NCBI RefSeq assembly: GCF_003704095.1
Contig: NW_020844103.1
Location: forward strand, 310,001 to 374,000
DNA: 64,000 nucleotides
Direction: 5' to 3'
Source of the DNA: Pocillopora damicornis
Taxonomy: Eukaryota
In this document: positions 26,301 through 39,036 of the stretch, piece after piece
Numbering within the stretch: the stretch's first letter is position 1
Layout: every line of letters starts with the position of its first letter
Translations under genes and position numbers: made by a program
Notes under the pieces: model-generated
Told to the model about the DNA's origin: nothing
Databases searched by the model: none
What the model saw: the letters and a program-made list of their open reading frames with translations, nothing else

Positions 26301-29300
26301 TGTAATTGTGCCCTTTATTGACATATTGATTCTGAAGTTCACATAGGCTTCCTAGCTTTGCTTTTGAGTGATGAAGATTATTTTTTTAAGATATGTTAAC
26401 ATTAAGGCAAGGAAGACGTATTTACATGAAAATAAGGGAAGAACTTTGATGCTCACCATTTAAGAAAGGTGGTCAACAATAAATGGTTTTCTTTATATTC
26501 TACAATGAATCTGGAAATAGCTCTTGGATGGATAACATAGTGACATATTAAAATACTTTTGTTTTAACAATACTTACTATTTTCACATTGGCAGCTGGAC
26601 CTGCTTCTCCAGCATGGACTGTTCTATGTATATTGAGCCTTTTAGCTTCCTGCATAAAAAAAAGATTTCTTTCATAAATGGCAAACCTACTATGTTAGTA
26701 AGACATTTACAGGGTAGACCAACCATGCCATCAACCAGAAAAATGGAAATAGGTCAATAGTGAGGGACTGTGAATATGGAATGTTAAGGACACTAGCCAG
26801 AAAGCTCATTTTTATTTAATTGATTATTGATTAGTTTAATTATTTCTGTTATCCTAGATAAGAACATAGTTACAAGTTATCTGTTTGTTTATGTTTCTAT
26901 TTGTTTTTGTAATTGGACCTTTCAGTGTCACCACGTGCATATAAAAGCAAGTTTAGTGTCCCTATAATCAGTTCTTCGCAAGTTTTTGATTAGTCTTCAT
27001 GAACTTTCGACTTTTTGATTTAAACCTTTGGCACAAGCGGGACCAATATGTGAGTAACTTTGTAACTTTGTTTTTTCTAATTTAGTTTTGCAGCTTTGGG
27101 TGAAAGTATACAAACAGATATTTTGTTATAATATGATGTATTTTGAATCGAATCAAGATTTAAAGGCAAAAATTGTGTCAGATTCAAGTGAATGCCCACT
27201 ATTTAGATAAGAATGATAGGCTGTTAACCAGCCACCAAATTCTTACAATTTTTGTACTTTAATATAGTTAATGTATTGGTTTATTTGTATTGTTTTATCA
27301 TCATTTTAATCTCCTTGTTGGCGTTAAGGCCTAGCTTTTTACATGCAGTTTTTTATTATGTTTTTTGCAGCATTTCTTTAGATTGATAGATCTTATTGTT
27401 TCAGTTTATAATTGTTCAATTAATTGATTGACTGATTGTGAGATTGGTCATGAATTATACAATTATTGTAGTTTGTGGATTGCTTGCAAGATTAAAGATT
27501 TGTGTAAAGGTCAACTTTGGTCTATTACATTTCAATCTCAATCTGTAAAAAATAGCCCTAAACACCTCATTGAATGTGTCTTGGGGCGACACTGCCTGAA
27601 ATCTTCTGAATTAGATTTTTGGTTGCCACAAGTGCTACATGGAATTATGTCCCTCTAAATTATTATAGTCCACACTACACAGAAGTTATAATACATTATG
27701 TTATTTCACAAATATTTTGCTTTTTTAACCCCATATCTTAAAATCTAAGTTATTATATTGCTGGCAGTGCTCTTGGGCAATATCAATCAAATCCTGTGTT
27801 CTGATTGGCTACTCAAGTAAGCAAGATTGGCCCATTTTGCCTGCTTGGGATTGTCCCCTTTGATCACATACAATAAAAAAATTTACTTGGAGCAGACATA
27901 CAAAGTTTATAATTTTTGGACAATATCAGCCATAGAGTTGCAAAAAGCAGCAGGAGACAGTCAGCAAACAAAGAAAACAAAAAAGGACTCCCATGGGTTT
28001 ACTTTGCTAAAAACACAGTTGGCTTTCTTTCAGGTCTCTTGAAATAAACATGTCTTGATTCTTACTAAATGACAGATCTCTTTTGCCATATGATATAATA
28101 AATCCTTCATTTACCAAGCTTTTTGGGTCAAGAATTGGCTGGACATCAGCCTTGTTCTTCTTTTGCATTTTTAGTAACCTCCATTTCATCTCAGTCCATA
28201 AAAACAGAAAAAAAGAACTTGGCTACTATCCAGCCACCTTTACCTCATGGCCAATAACGCATCTATATATATATATATTGGATATATCATGATAACCATA
28301 GCCACAGACAGATGAAAAGCACAACGAGACCTTATATGCATTCACATGTCCTTCCATAGCTTGTCCTTCCCACACCGGCTCATCACCAGCAATATCAATT
28401 CCTACCACTCCCTCATTTGCAAATTCCTGGCAGAGGGACACAACCTCCATTGAACAATCTTAAAACAAACACAAATTTAATTACACACATGCATAATTAA
28501 TTAGCATTAAAGAACACATCCACTTTTCTAAGGCAATGACTGAATGTCTGTTGATGTTTAGATTTCATACAACTTGGTAAACTTGTTTATTAAAAAATGC
28601 CAAGTTCTTGATTTCATAATGATACAAGAAGTTGATTTCTACCAATGTTTTCATTTGATCTTCTCAAAAAGTAATCTTAGTTTTTATGATACTTTAATGT
28701 GTTTGTAAATTTGTCTAAATCTGTTCTCGCTTAGCAATAAGATAACAGTTCATTAAAATTTGAGTAACACATTGTCAAATAAAATTTAATTCATTTCAAC
28801 CCTTATTAACAATCAATGTGTTCAGGAGGTGGGGAAGGCTGGCAGCAAACCCAGAGAAAAATTGGAAGGTATTCCCACAAACCTTACATTGGGTTATCAC
28901 AAACGAGAATTGCTACATGGAGGGTGAAGTGGGAAAAAGCTTAGAAGAAAAGTTTTAGCAAACTGCAAGGTGATTCCTGCAGATCAAGGGCTTTTTAGCT
29001 TCCTCTCATTGAAGTTGAAGGCCACAACGCACTATCAATGATAAATTTCTGTGTTAATTAACCAGCTGAATAAAATCTTTTAAATGTCATCTATACATTA
29101 CCAGGGAGGTGACGCATACAACAGAGAATAGAACGTGCAATCACACCAAAATCTTTAGCTCCTTTTTTCAATCCTCTATTCACTGCTTCCACTATAGCTT
29201 TTGGGGACACTCTTTCCTGGTCTGGAAAGGCTGAGTTTTCTGTACAAAGGGCATGAGGACTGTAACGAACTTCAAAGTACAGGACACCACATGCTGCCTG

Positions 29301-32300
29301 GTCTTCACAAAATTCATATGCTATTCTCTCCATTGCTTCAGTATCATTTCTAATTTTAAAAAGAAAAGTCAGGAAAACAATCATTAACTTTCATTAGCAA
29401 GAGTAAGTACATCATTGTGCCGCTTTCAACCACTTCAAAACTCTTTAGAATCATAATCAAAGCTGAACTCAGTCAGTTAACCCTTCAACTTCCACAAGTG
29501 ACCAAGACAGAATTTCTCCTCACAAAATCAACACAATATCAAGCAGGAGAGTGATGAGAATTAAGAAAAATATCATCAGGGGTTATTAGTAGATCCAATA
29601 CCAGATTCTCCAGACCAACCTCATAAGAATTCTATGGCAGACAGTGAGGAGAATTATTAATGAGATCTTGAGAGTGAAAGGGTTAACTGATGTGATTACC
29701 TAATCAGTGCTGTCCACACTTTAATCATAACCATTACAAATTCCTCAAATATTATCGGTGCATTCACAGCTTCATTTTTTACCAATCATTCTGTACAGTT
29801 GTGATGGGACAGTGTAATTGAACAGTTGGCTTTAATTCAACCCCTGTAATCGGAAGTTGAAGCAGCCAATCATACTCAAGTCCACTCAGCTAATCCACCA
29901 ATCACAAAAATGATCAAAATAACCATAGCAACAACTACTAATCCAAAGAAAAACTGGGGAATTTCCAAAATGGAGGAATTCTTACCTGAAGACATAGTCT
30001 CCACTGGAGATATTTGTTCTAGGTGTATTTGTTTTTTCAGAAATTGAAATGGTTATGATTAATTGGTAACAGGACTTCTTGTCATCCAATTCCATCTGTG
30101 ATCATATGAGTTATTAACAAATCAGATTCCCGCTTTGCAGTTATCTGATTTTGTTAATCACTCATATGATTACAGACCCAACTGGACTACACTTGGTCTT
30201 ATTACCATTATAAATAGAATGCAGTCATTGATTTCATAGTAGTCTAGTATAAGCATTTAAAGCATGACATGCAAAACCCATATCATGGAGAGGACAGGCG
30301 AGTCTTGCCAACAAGAATTGGTTCCACCAGAGAGCACTTGTTTGTGGCTATACATGGAATATGAACTTGAGAAATTGGCATGAGCAGTTTGGAAATTGTA
30401 CTTTGTAGTGACTACATTCTGAGTTGTGTAATTCATGAGTTTTTTGGGTAAGATTACTGAAGATGCACCTGAGACACTTAAAGTTCTCAACATTTTCTAG
30501 GGGTGGGGGAAGGGCAAAGCATGCCTCCAAACTTCCCTTATGAATGGGACCTTCAGCCATACATCCAGTGGCTGGTTTAACAATTGGTGGGGGTGTGTAC
30601 AAATGATCAAAGTTTAAAGTTAAGTTCTGGTAATGGTGGGTTGAGTTTGTGGTACTCACCGAATAAGAGGGTAAAAAATTTTGAAACATTCCAAAAAACC
30701 TGCCAAAGTTGATGGTTTGTTTAGACTAATGGACACATAGTCCTTTAAACAACTCTTGTCAAAAGAAGGTAGCTGATATTGCTTCTTCCTGTAATTACAA
30801 CCAAATAAGTAAAATATTCATTTGTGGATCTAATACTTTCCCATTTATCTTTTCACTCCTAACTGTGAATTGCCACAAAGAAATCTAGCCATGTCTTGTG
30901 AAAAGCAAACCTTCAAATACCCTATGACATCAGGCCTCCCCTCCCCCCATCAGCAAAAACTTCATATCTTTTTTTTTCAAAGGGTAACGCCAAACTTAGC
31001 AGCATGTTTTGTGCCTTCAGAATTGTATTTTCTGATATTGTGTTTATCACTTCCCTAGTAATATTGACAAAATACTAGGCAACCATTTTGAAATTGAGTG
31101 CTTCAGTTACAACCACCTTGTGCTAAGTGATTATAGCAAGATATTATGCAATCTTTTACCAATCAAAGCACACGCATTTCTATAATCATCAGAGCAATTA
31201 TATTATTCTGTAAATAGCCAGTCCCCTAGCAGGCAAACTGTGCCCAAGCAAGGACCTCTGCAAGGGTGACCATAAGTGCATTACTTTGCCAAATCTANNN
31301 NNNNNNNNNNNNNNNNNNNNNNNNNNNNNNNNNNNNNNNNNNNNNNNNNNNNNNNNNNNNNNNNNNNNNNNNNNNNNNNNNNNNNNNNNNNNNNNNNNNN
31401 NNNNNNNNNNNNNNNNNNNNNNNNNNNNNNNNNNNNNNNNNNNNNNNNNNNNNNNTTAGACATATAGTAAAATTCAAAAGGATTGCGTAAAAATCCATGG
31501 GAAATCATTTTGATTCAAGTTACTGCAAGGCTTGGGGTATAGAAATTTGATCAAGTCATTGGGAGTTGAATGTACTCCAGAAGTAAAAGCATGTGACAAG
31601 TTTGCCATTAAATTCAAATGGGACTCCCAAAGTTTCTAACAATGCAAACACTTGCTGATCTTTACATATTAGGTCATTAAACAAACTAAACTTGCCATTC
31701 AGAATGCAGCTCTCCTCCCATACATATTAAAGTAGCTAGATTTAGTGTAAGGAAAATGCATTATTTAACAAATAGATTCCAAGTTGCCATGTGTCTGTTC
31801 AGTAATAGATCACAGATGACATCAAAATGTGGTAAGCTACCACATTTTGATGTTATTTGTGATCTATTACTGAACAGACACATGGCAACTTGGAATCTAT
31901 TTGTTTTATATAATAAAGAATTAAAATATACAGAAAAGAGATTTAACGATGACATCATCTATATGTCTGTCCTCCAATAGATCATAAGTGAGAACCAATA
32001 AGAATGTCTGCATAACTGAGCTTATTATATAATTTTGTATAGAGTAACATGATACACGAAACAACACCTCCAGTCCCTCCCAACTTTCTCTGGACGAGGC
32101 CCAAATATGGACACAAATATGGCTTCCGACTTTATCTTGCCAAACTTCCAGAAAATTTCATTGTAATAACGACTTACTTAAAAATTATGCTTGAGCATCA
32201 GGAGAGTGCTGACGTGCTGACGTTTCTGAATTTAACTTTGACTTGAAATACAAATATTAACATAGTATCATCGATCGCACTGGATTAAATTTCAATGACT

Positions 32301-32845
32301 CAAGATCTTGGATATAGCAACGTGGAGTTTGGAGAACGAGAGTAAATATAACGATTGACTCAAAGCAAATTTTAACTTTCACTGATATACGCTCTGAAGC
32401 TGATTCAAAACGAAGAGATCGGATTGAAAAGAGGCAAAGATTTAGGAAACAGAGATACCCGTCACAACACGTGTTAGCGGGTTTATACGTATCCCTAGAC
32501 CGGCTACGCGTGTAAATCACTTCACATTTGCACAGAGCAAACTTATGTTTAAGGTAATCTTACACCATGAAATCAAAGATATGAGACCCCTTTAATGATA
32601 TGAGACCCCTGTAATGCTTTAAAAAAGCATACGGTTTAAGGTTTGAATAAACATTTAAGACGATAGGTTCACGTTACAGCTACGACAGGCTACGACAGAC
32701 ATGCTGTGAAACGTTACAACAACACTACAAGATATATTTGGTTACTACGCAGAAATCGGCCAACGTGGCTAGTTATTTTGAAGTCAAACCTAAAATAACT
32801 TCACTCTCACCAACTTACTTTCGACTTTGGTTGTTTAAGTGCCAT
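23399..32845 (-). CDS. ADA: Adenosine deaminase; exons 32845-32819, (gap)-31285, 30788-30660, 29349-29102, 28458-28331, 26649-26578, [missing, probably in gap 25639-25738], 25051-24922, 23488-23399
   Basis: Motifs ERIAYEFCED..GVLYFEVRYSPH, VVGIDIAGDE, HRTVHAGE, NFSINSDDP and FNAARSAFLP. The short first exon MALKQPKSK mirrors vertebrate ADA exon 1. Confidence 0.9.
23598..24510. repeat. Intronic minisatellite, ~38-40 bp unit, more than 20 copies
   Basis: Consensus CCCAGCAAGCCAGGATGCATTTTGCATACATGTATATTCTG repeated in the last ADA intron. Confidence 0.9.
29472..29690. mobile_element. MITE-like element; related fragments near 13830, 15440, 19830, 42720, 52500 and 53850-54250
   Basis: Terminal inverted repeats TCAGTTAACCCTT ... 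AAGGGTTAACTGA, and the internal sequence recurs across the window. Confidence 0.65.
31767..31905. repeat. Long near-perfect palindrome (MITE-like)
   Basis: AACAAATAGATTCCAAGTTGCCATGTGTCTGTTCAGTAATAGATCACA... is mirrored around 31836. Confidence 0.85.
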
Positions 32846-33775
32846 ATCTGTTCAACTTTCCGGTCTTTCACTTCACCGTCTTTTCAGTTTCTTCTGCGTG
32901 ACGAGTTGGATGACTGCGTGACTTTTGCGCAACTCTTGTTCTTTTGGAAAACTTAGTAGGGGTAGGCTCAACACTCCTTGCCAAGTGAGGGAGGGGTAGG
33001 AAAGGAGTTGCACCTATGGAGGTAGGCTGCAAGAAACTGAACTACAACATTGTATATCAAAGGGTGAATAAGCTAACCTAATAAAGATGAAATATATTTT
33101 GAGCTCGGAAAGTTGGTTTAGTCTGTCTTGTTACGAAGGAAAAATTTTGGGTCCCCATAAATCCTCAATAGACCTTCCGATGTCAGTGGTTAGTTTCAGC
33201 GACTGGAAAGACGTCGAGCAAAAAAAGAATATTGTATTTTATGTCAAGCGTCCCTTTGCCACACATCAACTTAGGCAAAACTTAGGTGGACAGCGTTGAG
33301 TTCCAGATGGAAACTGGAATAATTTGCTGTCGTTTCCGTTCACGAACCAAGCAGATCTTGGTCTGATTTCACGTGGTTGCTTTTGCAGAGGACAGCTCAG
33401 TAAGGAATATTCAAAGTTTTAAACGCACGTGCTGGGCTATTGTTCAGCTTCCCATAAGATCTTTTTTTGTTTTACCCTGACCTCGCTGCTGTCGCTGTCG
33501 TGGTTTTCAAGGAACTCATGCCCTGCATAGTGCTAGGATAAGCAAAGGCAGAGTGTAAGTTGATCTTTGTCTCATATTCGTGGCAAGACGAAAAACAATT
33601 TCCTCTTTAATTCCACTCTGAGGTCAAAATTAAGCCTCTCTCTGTTCTATTGATTCACATGGTGCTCATGGATACATACAATATTTTCGATGTCTTGAAT
33701 TCGTCACAGAACGTAAAAAATTAACAAATTTTTTTACAGTAAGTTCATTTACCTTAAATATATAGGATCAATATG

Positions 33776-33890
33776 AGTATCTGGGCAACTGCCCTCCTAC
33801 CCCTCCCCTAACCCAACATTAACCCTAAGTTGTTATTAATTGACTGTTGTTGAGTCAGGGGAGGGGTAGGTGGGCAGTTGCCCAGATACT
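33776..33890. mobile_element. Palindromic MITE-like element
   Basis: AGTATCTGGGCAACTGCCC..CCTACCCCTCCCCT ... AGGGGAGGGGTAGG..GGGCAGTTGCCCAGATACT. Confidence 0.75.
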
Positions 33891-34382
33891 ATACATATAT
33901 ATATTCTTAATTTGGCTATATTTCATCATATGATTCTCTTCTAAGTATCAGTTGAGCAGTTCTGCTGGTTTCTTCATTCAATTGTTAAATGGCTTTTATG
34001 ATCTATATTAAATTGAATTTTTTTTACTGATGCTAGGTGGCTTACAGCCTGTAGCACTTGTAGACTATTTACATTGGAATATAAAAAGCAAAAATTAAAA
34101 TTGATCAATTGATTTTTGTGGTCAAAGAAGCATTAGATTATTACTTCCTTAACACAATAAGGTGACTTTCTCAAGAAAGCATTATATTTAAAAACTCAGC
34201 TAACAATTTTTCTCCGAAGCATTCTTATATTAAAGTATATAATTAGATATTATATATTATTTACCCACGATGAAATAATATAATGAAAACAATTCCCTCG
34301 CGCAGTCTTTTTTAGCAGTGTAATGCGAGTTTAGGAGTTTTAAAAATTGACTGAGATGAAGTTTCAGAACCTGCGTATCATG

Positions 34383-35738
34383 TCATGCATGTATTCCACT
34401 CTCCTCTTTTGGCTCTGTTTGGTCTTGTAGAGAAACAGCAATATTCGCCATCGTATTCCAGTCTATGTAACTCATAGAAGGAGAGGTTACAACATGAGGA
34501 ATGAATTTTTGGATCCGATCTATCAAAGGATGTGCGATATCCGTACCTTCGATCAGCCCAAATTTTTTCTTTTGGTAATATAAGGGTGTTCCTCGTAACA
34601 ACATCAGAGGAAAAGCGACCAGCGAGCCATCAGTCGTCTCTTGAAGCTTCAGTATAGTCTGCTGGAAACTCTCTACGGTTTGCAGGGGCAAGCCAAAGAT
34701 GAGGCTGACTTCATGCTTAATTCTACGTTGATTAACAAGAGCCAGTTTGTGTAAAACTTTCTCGGCTAACTTATATGTGTTAGCATTGCGCACTCGCTCT
34801 ATATGCAGCAGCTCTTCGGGGTCGAGTGTTTGCACACCAAACTCCAAAACTACTTCAGCTCCTGTAGTTTTGCTCAGGGACTCTACCTGATCTAAAAACG
34901 CCTCCGTGATTCTTTCAGGCCTGCACTGAAGGCTGATTTTTCCGGAAAATCTGGCACGTTCTAGAAAGTCAAGTACCATGTTTCCGTTCAGCGTGTTAAA
35001 AGTGGGATCTAGCACAGCAAGATCGTGGACATTATTGTCGACGAACCATTCGATTTCCGATTGAATCCGATCCCTTTGCGAGTGCTGGATTTTAGTCCAG
35101 CTCTTATTTGCTGGCGAAGAAGGTGATGGATCTCTGTGCTGGCAAAATGAACAGCTGTAAGGACAACCACGGGTCGTTTCCCAACGCATGAAGTGCTGAG
35201 GTTCTAATGTTCCGTCGAGGAAAGGCGACGAAAGGTCGGATAATTTGGTAGACGTATGAAAGCCCTTGTCTGGAGTGTTTGCTAAGTGGACTCCTAGGAT
35301 ATTATCCTTCCCTTCCGCAAGTTCTAACACAGCCTGTTCTGCATACCCCCGTATGAATACATCTCCCTCCGGATAGTATTTTTCTAGCTCTCCTTTCTCG
35401 ACGTAAGACACCTGAGGACCTGCAATAACAATCCGACCTGGGTAGTCATAATATTTCAGTTCGCGAAGAATCGTCTTGAGGAAAGGCTCATTCCAAACAA
35501 AGCCTCCAAACATGAGATCATATTTCGAATCATTGTACTGGCTCCAAATCGTGTCAAGGATATTCCTTGCTAACGGGTAAACCTGCACTTCTTGAGCGAT
35601 ATTGTACGAGTGAGCATTGTACTCGATTTTGTTATGGCTCAAATGGCTGATAATACTCGCCACACCAAGCGACAATCGGGGATCCTTAGGCCGAATATGA
35701 TCGAGGCTTATCAGTATTGGAATTCTAGATCGTAGCAT
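34383..35738 (-). CDS. Cobalamin (B12)-binding radical SAM protein, 451 aa, intronless
   Basis: N-terminal B12-binding-like motifs (SLGVASII, IVIAGPQVS, DVFIRGYAE). Radical SAM core WETTRGCPYSCSFC (CxxxCxxC), LDPTFN, EFGVQT, LIFGLPLQT and LLRGTPLY. Confidence 0.9.
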   Translation of the reverse strand: MLRSRIPILISLDHIRPKDPRLSLGVASIISHLSHNKIEYNAHSYNIAQEVQVYPLARNILDTIWSQYNDSKYDLMFGGFVWNEPFLKTILRELKYYDYPGRIVIAGPQVSYVEKGELEKYYPEGDVFIRGYAEQAVLELAEGKDNILGVHLANTPDKGFHTSTKLSDLSSPFLDGTLEPQHFMRWETTRGCPYSCSFCQHRDPSPSSPANKSWTKIQHSQRDRIQSEIEWFVDNNVHDLAVLDPTFNTLNGNMVLDFLERARFSGKISLQCRPERITEAFLDQVESLSKTTGAEVVLEFGVQTLDPEELLHIERVRNANTYKLAEKVLHKLALVNQRRIKHEVSLIFGLPLQTVESFQQTILKLQETTDGSLVAFPLMLLRGTPLYYQKKKFGLIEGTDIAHPLIDRIQKFIPHVVTSPSMSYIDWNTMANIAVSLQDQTEPKEESGIHA

Positions 35739-35867
35739 TTTGCTTTGCTTTCAAGCAGGAGTTATTTAATGGGCTCCTGGTTCAAGGCATTCCTTGAAAA
35801 GAATTTTGATTTTACCCAAACCCATTTTGTTTTCCTATGGCGTCATTTAATTATATTTCTCAGAAAA

Positions 35868-35890
35868 AGCGGAAGTTTCGCGCGCGCGCA
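35868..35890. promoter_or_regulatory. CpG-rich ETS/E2F-like motif in the divergent radical SAM / MPV17 intergenic region
   Basis: AGCGGAAGTTTCGCGCGCGCGCA, ~130 bp upstream of the radical SAM ATG. Confidence 0.4.
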
Positions 35891-35935
35891 CTCCTGGAGC
35901 GCCACAGGCTAACCATCATCATCGAAAGGCTGTGT

Positions 35936-35951
35936 AATAATAATAATTATG

Positions 35952-35988
<37 letters not shown>
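35936..35988. repeat. (AAT)n microsatellite
   Basis: Direct reading of the sequence. Confidence 0.95.
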
Positions 35989-35989
<1 letters not shown>

Positions 35990-36864
35990 CCCGACAGCTT
36001 GAATGCTGCAGGGGTTTAAAACAAAGAACCAGTTACCAGCGTCTACCGCCGCCTTGTAAGACCTGACGACCACAGTTAGCCTTTTGGCTATTTAGCCTAC
36101 TCTCTTTAAATAAAGAATTGGCTATGCATGTACTACTAAGACCTCTTACTTTCGTCCGTTTAGCCTGTAACAGGCTCCCTTCACTGATCACCGCCTCTTA
36201 TGACATCATCGACAGTGGCATAGGGAAAAGATAAATAAAACTCCTGGGAATGGATGTAAAAACCGACCTCATTCCTTCCTCGTTTTATTGTCTCCTTACA
36301 AACGAAACCGTTAACTGTTCGTAGCTGAACTTTCTATAATTACTGCACACATGATGTGCACGAGCTCAACCTTGTGAGGGTTATCAATTTCAATCTCGGG
36401 AGACTTTTTGCTTTCGGACATTAGCGACGAGGTGCGGCCTTCCCTCCCCTCCCCTACATGGGGGCAGCCAGTGTTCACCTGGGAATAGTCATTTGTGCAA
36501 CTTTCGCTGTGGGGTAAAAGTCATTCGCAACTCTATTTCCTGTTCGAAAGTTATTTATCGTAGCGATAATTCCGTTGAAATCTCTGATATGAATTTCCGA
36601 ACCCAACATTCTGGAAATCATTTGGTCCGAGTTCAAAGTTTCGTTTAAAATTTTTATGTTTCTATGGTAGCGGTGATGCTGGTTTATATTGAATATTGTA
36701 CGGCGAAATGCAAATTTGACTCAGGCCACAATATATTCAAGGTTCACTGCTGCCGGTAATAACGTCATTCATATTTCACAATACAAGCAACTTGATAAAT
36801 AGTTAGGAAAGCATCATGGCTGGGCTGTGAAACGTTAGTGTAAGAACAAGGATTCAGTGGTGCA

Positions 36865-39036
36865 ATGAGATTACCTCTTCGTGCTTGGAGATGGTACATG
36901 CGATGTTTAGAGATTCATCCGTGGAAAACTCAGCTCATCTCGACAGGTAGACTTTGACCCTTGAATCATTAATCGTTCCTAACAAGCTAATTTTTGAGGT
37001 AAATTTAAAAATTTGTGGGCAAGATTTATAATTTTTCAGCGGCTTGGTCATAGAAACCGCAAATTACTTCTTGGGTCTACGTTCCCAACCAGTGTTTAGC
37101 ACTCTAACTGGGATTACGGTCTATCGAACGTAAGGTAATTAAATATTTGTCTTGACATCACAATAATTCGAAGAGTCGTATGTGTTTTTCAAACCACAGG
37201 TACTTATTTTTCTAATTTCTCATACATTTACTGCCGCTCCACTTTAGGTTTCTCAAAATCTTTCCAGGTAAGTCAGATTTTTATTCTGCAGGAATGTCTA
37301 GTTTGCGTTGAAATTCGTTGTGGTATAGGAAGTCATCGCTAAATCAAACTCGTTCAGATTGAAACCGCGGCTCCTCGTGATCTAATTCGGTCAAAATTTG
37401 CTCTCATAGTATTCTCTGCGAAGTTCATACGAAATACATTATTTTCAATACAAAATAATCTCTTAAAGACAAGCGAAAACCTGTTCAAGGATCAGTTCCG
37501 AATCCTTGCAAGATATTTCAAATGCCGTCGACCACTCAGCTGAAGAACTTCTGGTTTTATGACATTACAAGCTCTAAGAATCACTTCAATCCTGATCAAT
37601 CGTGTTTAGAAATGTTACATGGCCTTTTCGTAAAGCAGAATGGATTGGCCACCGAAAAATCAAGTGTATCTTTCAAAGTCTCGGAACTGTCTTACATAAA
37701 ATCAGTGAACGCTGCTTACGGTAGCGAAGTAGAAAACGGTAAAGGAGTAAGAATTATCAGGAAACTAAATTTAGCGTTCGTTTTTGTAACTTTCTTTTGT
37801 TTCAAAGACTTTCTCTAAAGCAGCATTGACGGTAAACTTTACATCTGACTCTTAAGTGTACATTAAAATCGCCGAAAATGAGTATGTGGTTCTTTACTTC
37901 GTGGTGTCAGCCTGGTTTCGAGCACAGAAATCTGTCACCTTCATTTGTTTTTGTCCCAGGGTCCTCAGTGGGTACGTTATATATGAGGACATAAATTATA
38001 GCCTAGTGTGGCCTACACGTTTCTTGTTCCGTGCTTCCCTCGTTTTCCCACTTTCCTTGGCTTGCGTATTTCATTTGCCAGGATTTATTTTACTCACAGG
38101 TCTAACTTTTTCTGCCTGAAGTATTTGACCCGTCAGACTTCACTGACGTGGCTTACTTGATTTTACACAACTGCCCGTCCAGGGAAGGGAGTAGGTGGAT
38201 CTCACTGTCTTTGGTTGTGGCTCTGTGAGGCCGGAGACCATTTTTTGAAGCTTCGTTCATTACAAGAACTCAGAAAATTATAACGCTGAATAGTTTTCTG
38301 ATAATTTCTGTATATTTTAAAAAATCTGATGTTAACATTTCACATTACGTTATTCTACATTACTTACACACATACATTACACATACATGCTTGCCCGCTC
38401 ATAATTGCCCATGATTCCCAATGTAGAAGAAGTGATGGATTTAGTCTCGAAAAAATATCCAGAAGGTGAGTTGGAAGGAGAAAAAATAAAGAGTGACACA
38501 AAAGAGGCTGCTGACAAAAATAACATGGTGTTCTTATTTAGCTCGTTTTATTTTCAGGAGCACTTCTCGGAGCTGGAGACTTCATTGCACAACAATACGT
38601 TGAGAAAGTTCCATTGCGAGAGCATGATTTGGTTCGTACAGCCCGAATGGCGGCTGTCGGAACTGTTGTGATTGGCCCCATATTCCACGTATGGTACGCA
38701 CAACTGGATAAAAGATTTGCTCGCAAAAGCCCTGGAAATGCCATCCGGAAAATGACAGTGGATCAAAGCATCCTGGCGCCAGTGTTTCTTGTTTTATTTT
38801 ACGGTGCTGTCGGAGTCGTTGAACGTCGCACCATCAAAGAGATTAGTGACAAAATCTACGAGGAATTTTATCCCAATATGGTTGTGAACTACCAAATCTG
38901 GCCAGCTGTTCAGTTCTGCAATTTTTATTTTTTTCCAGCCCATCTGCGAGTGCTGGTTGTGAATGTTGTATCACTGTTTTGGAATACATATCTAGCATGG
39001 ACTTCGCACAAGGAGTTGGAACATTCCAAGCAGTAG
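36865..39036 (+). CDS. MPV17: MPV17/PMP22 family protein, paralogue A (exons 36865-36946, 38558-39036)
   Basis: WRWYMRCLEIHPWKTQLISTG|ALLGAGDFIAQQ...RTARM...WYAQLD...VDQSILAP...NYQIWPAVQFCNFYFFP...LFWNTYLAW. Confidence 0.9.

Noticed and set aside
25639-31455. ADA as a pseudogene lacking the HxHxDG and RIGHG exons
   Set aside because: The missing exons coincide with N gaps, and the 3' end of exon 2 (DLAK|GT) is visible at 31285-31297.
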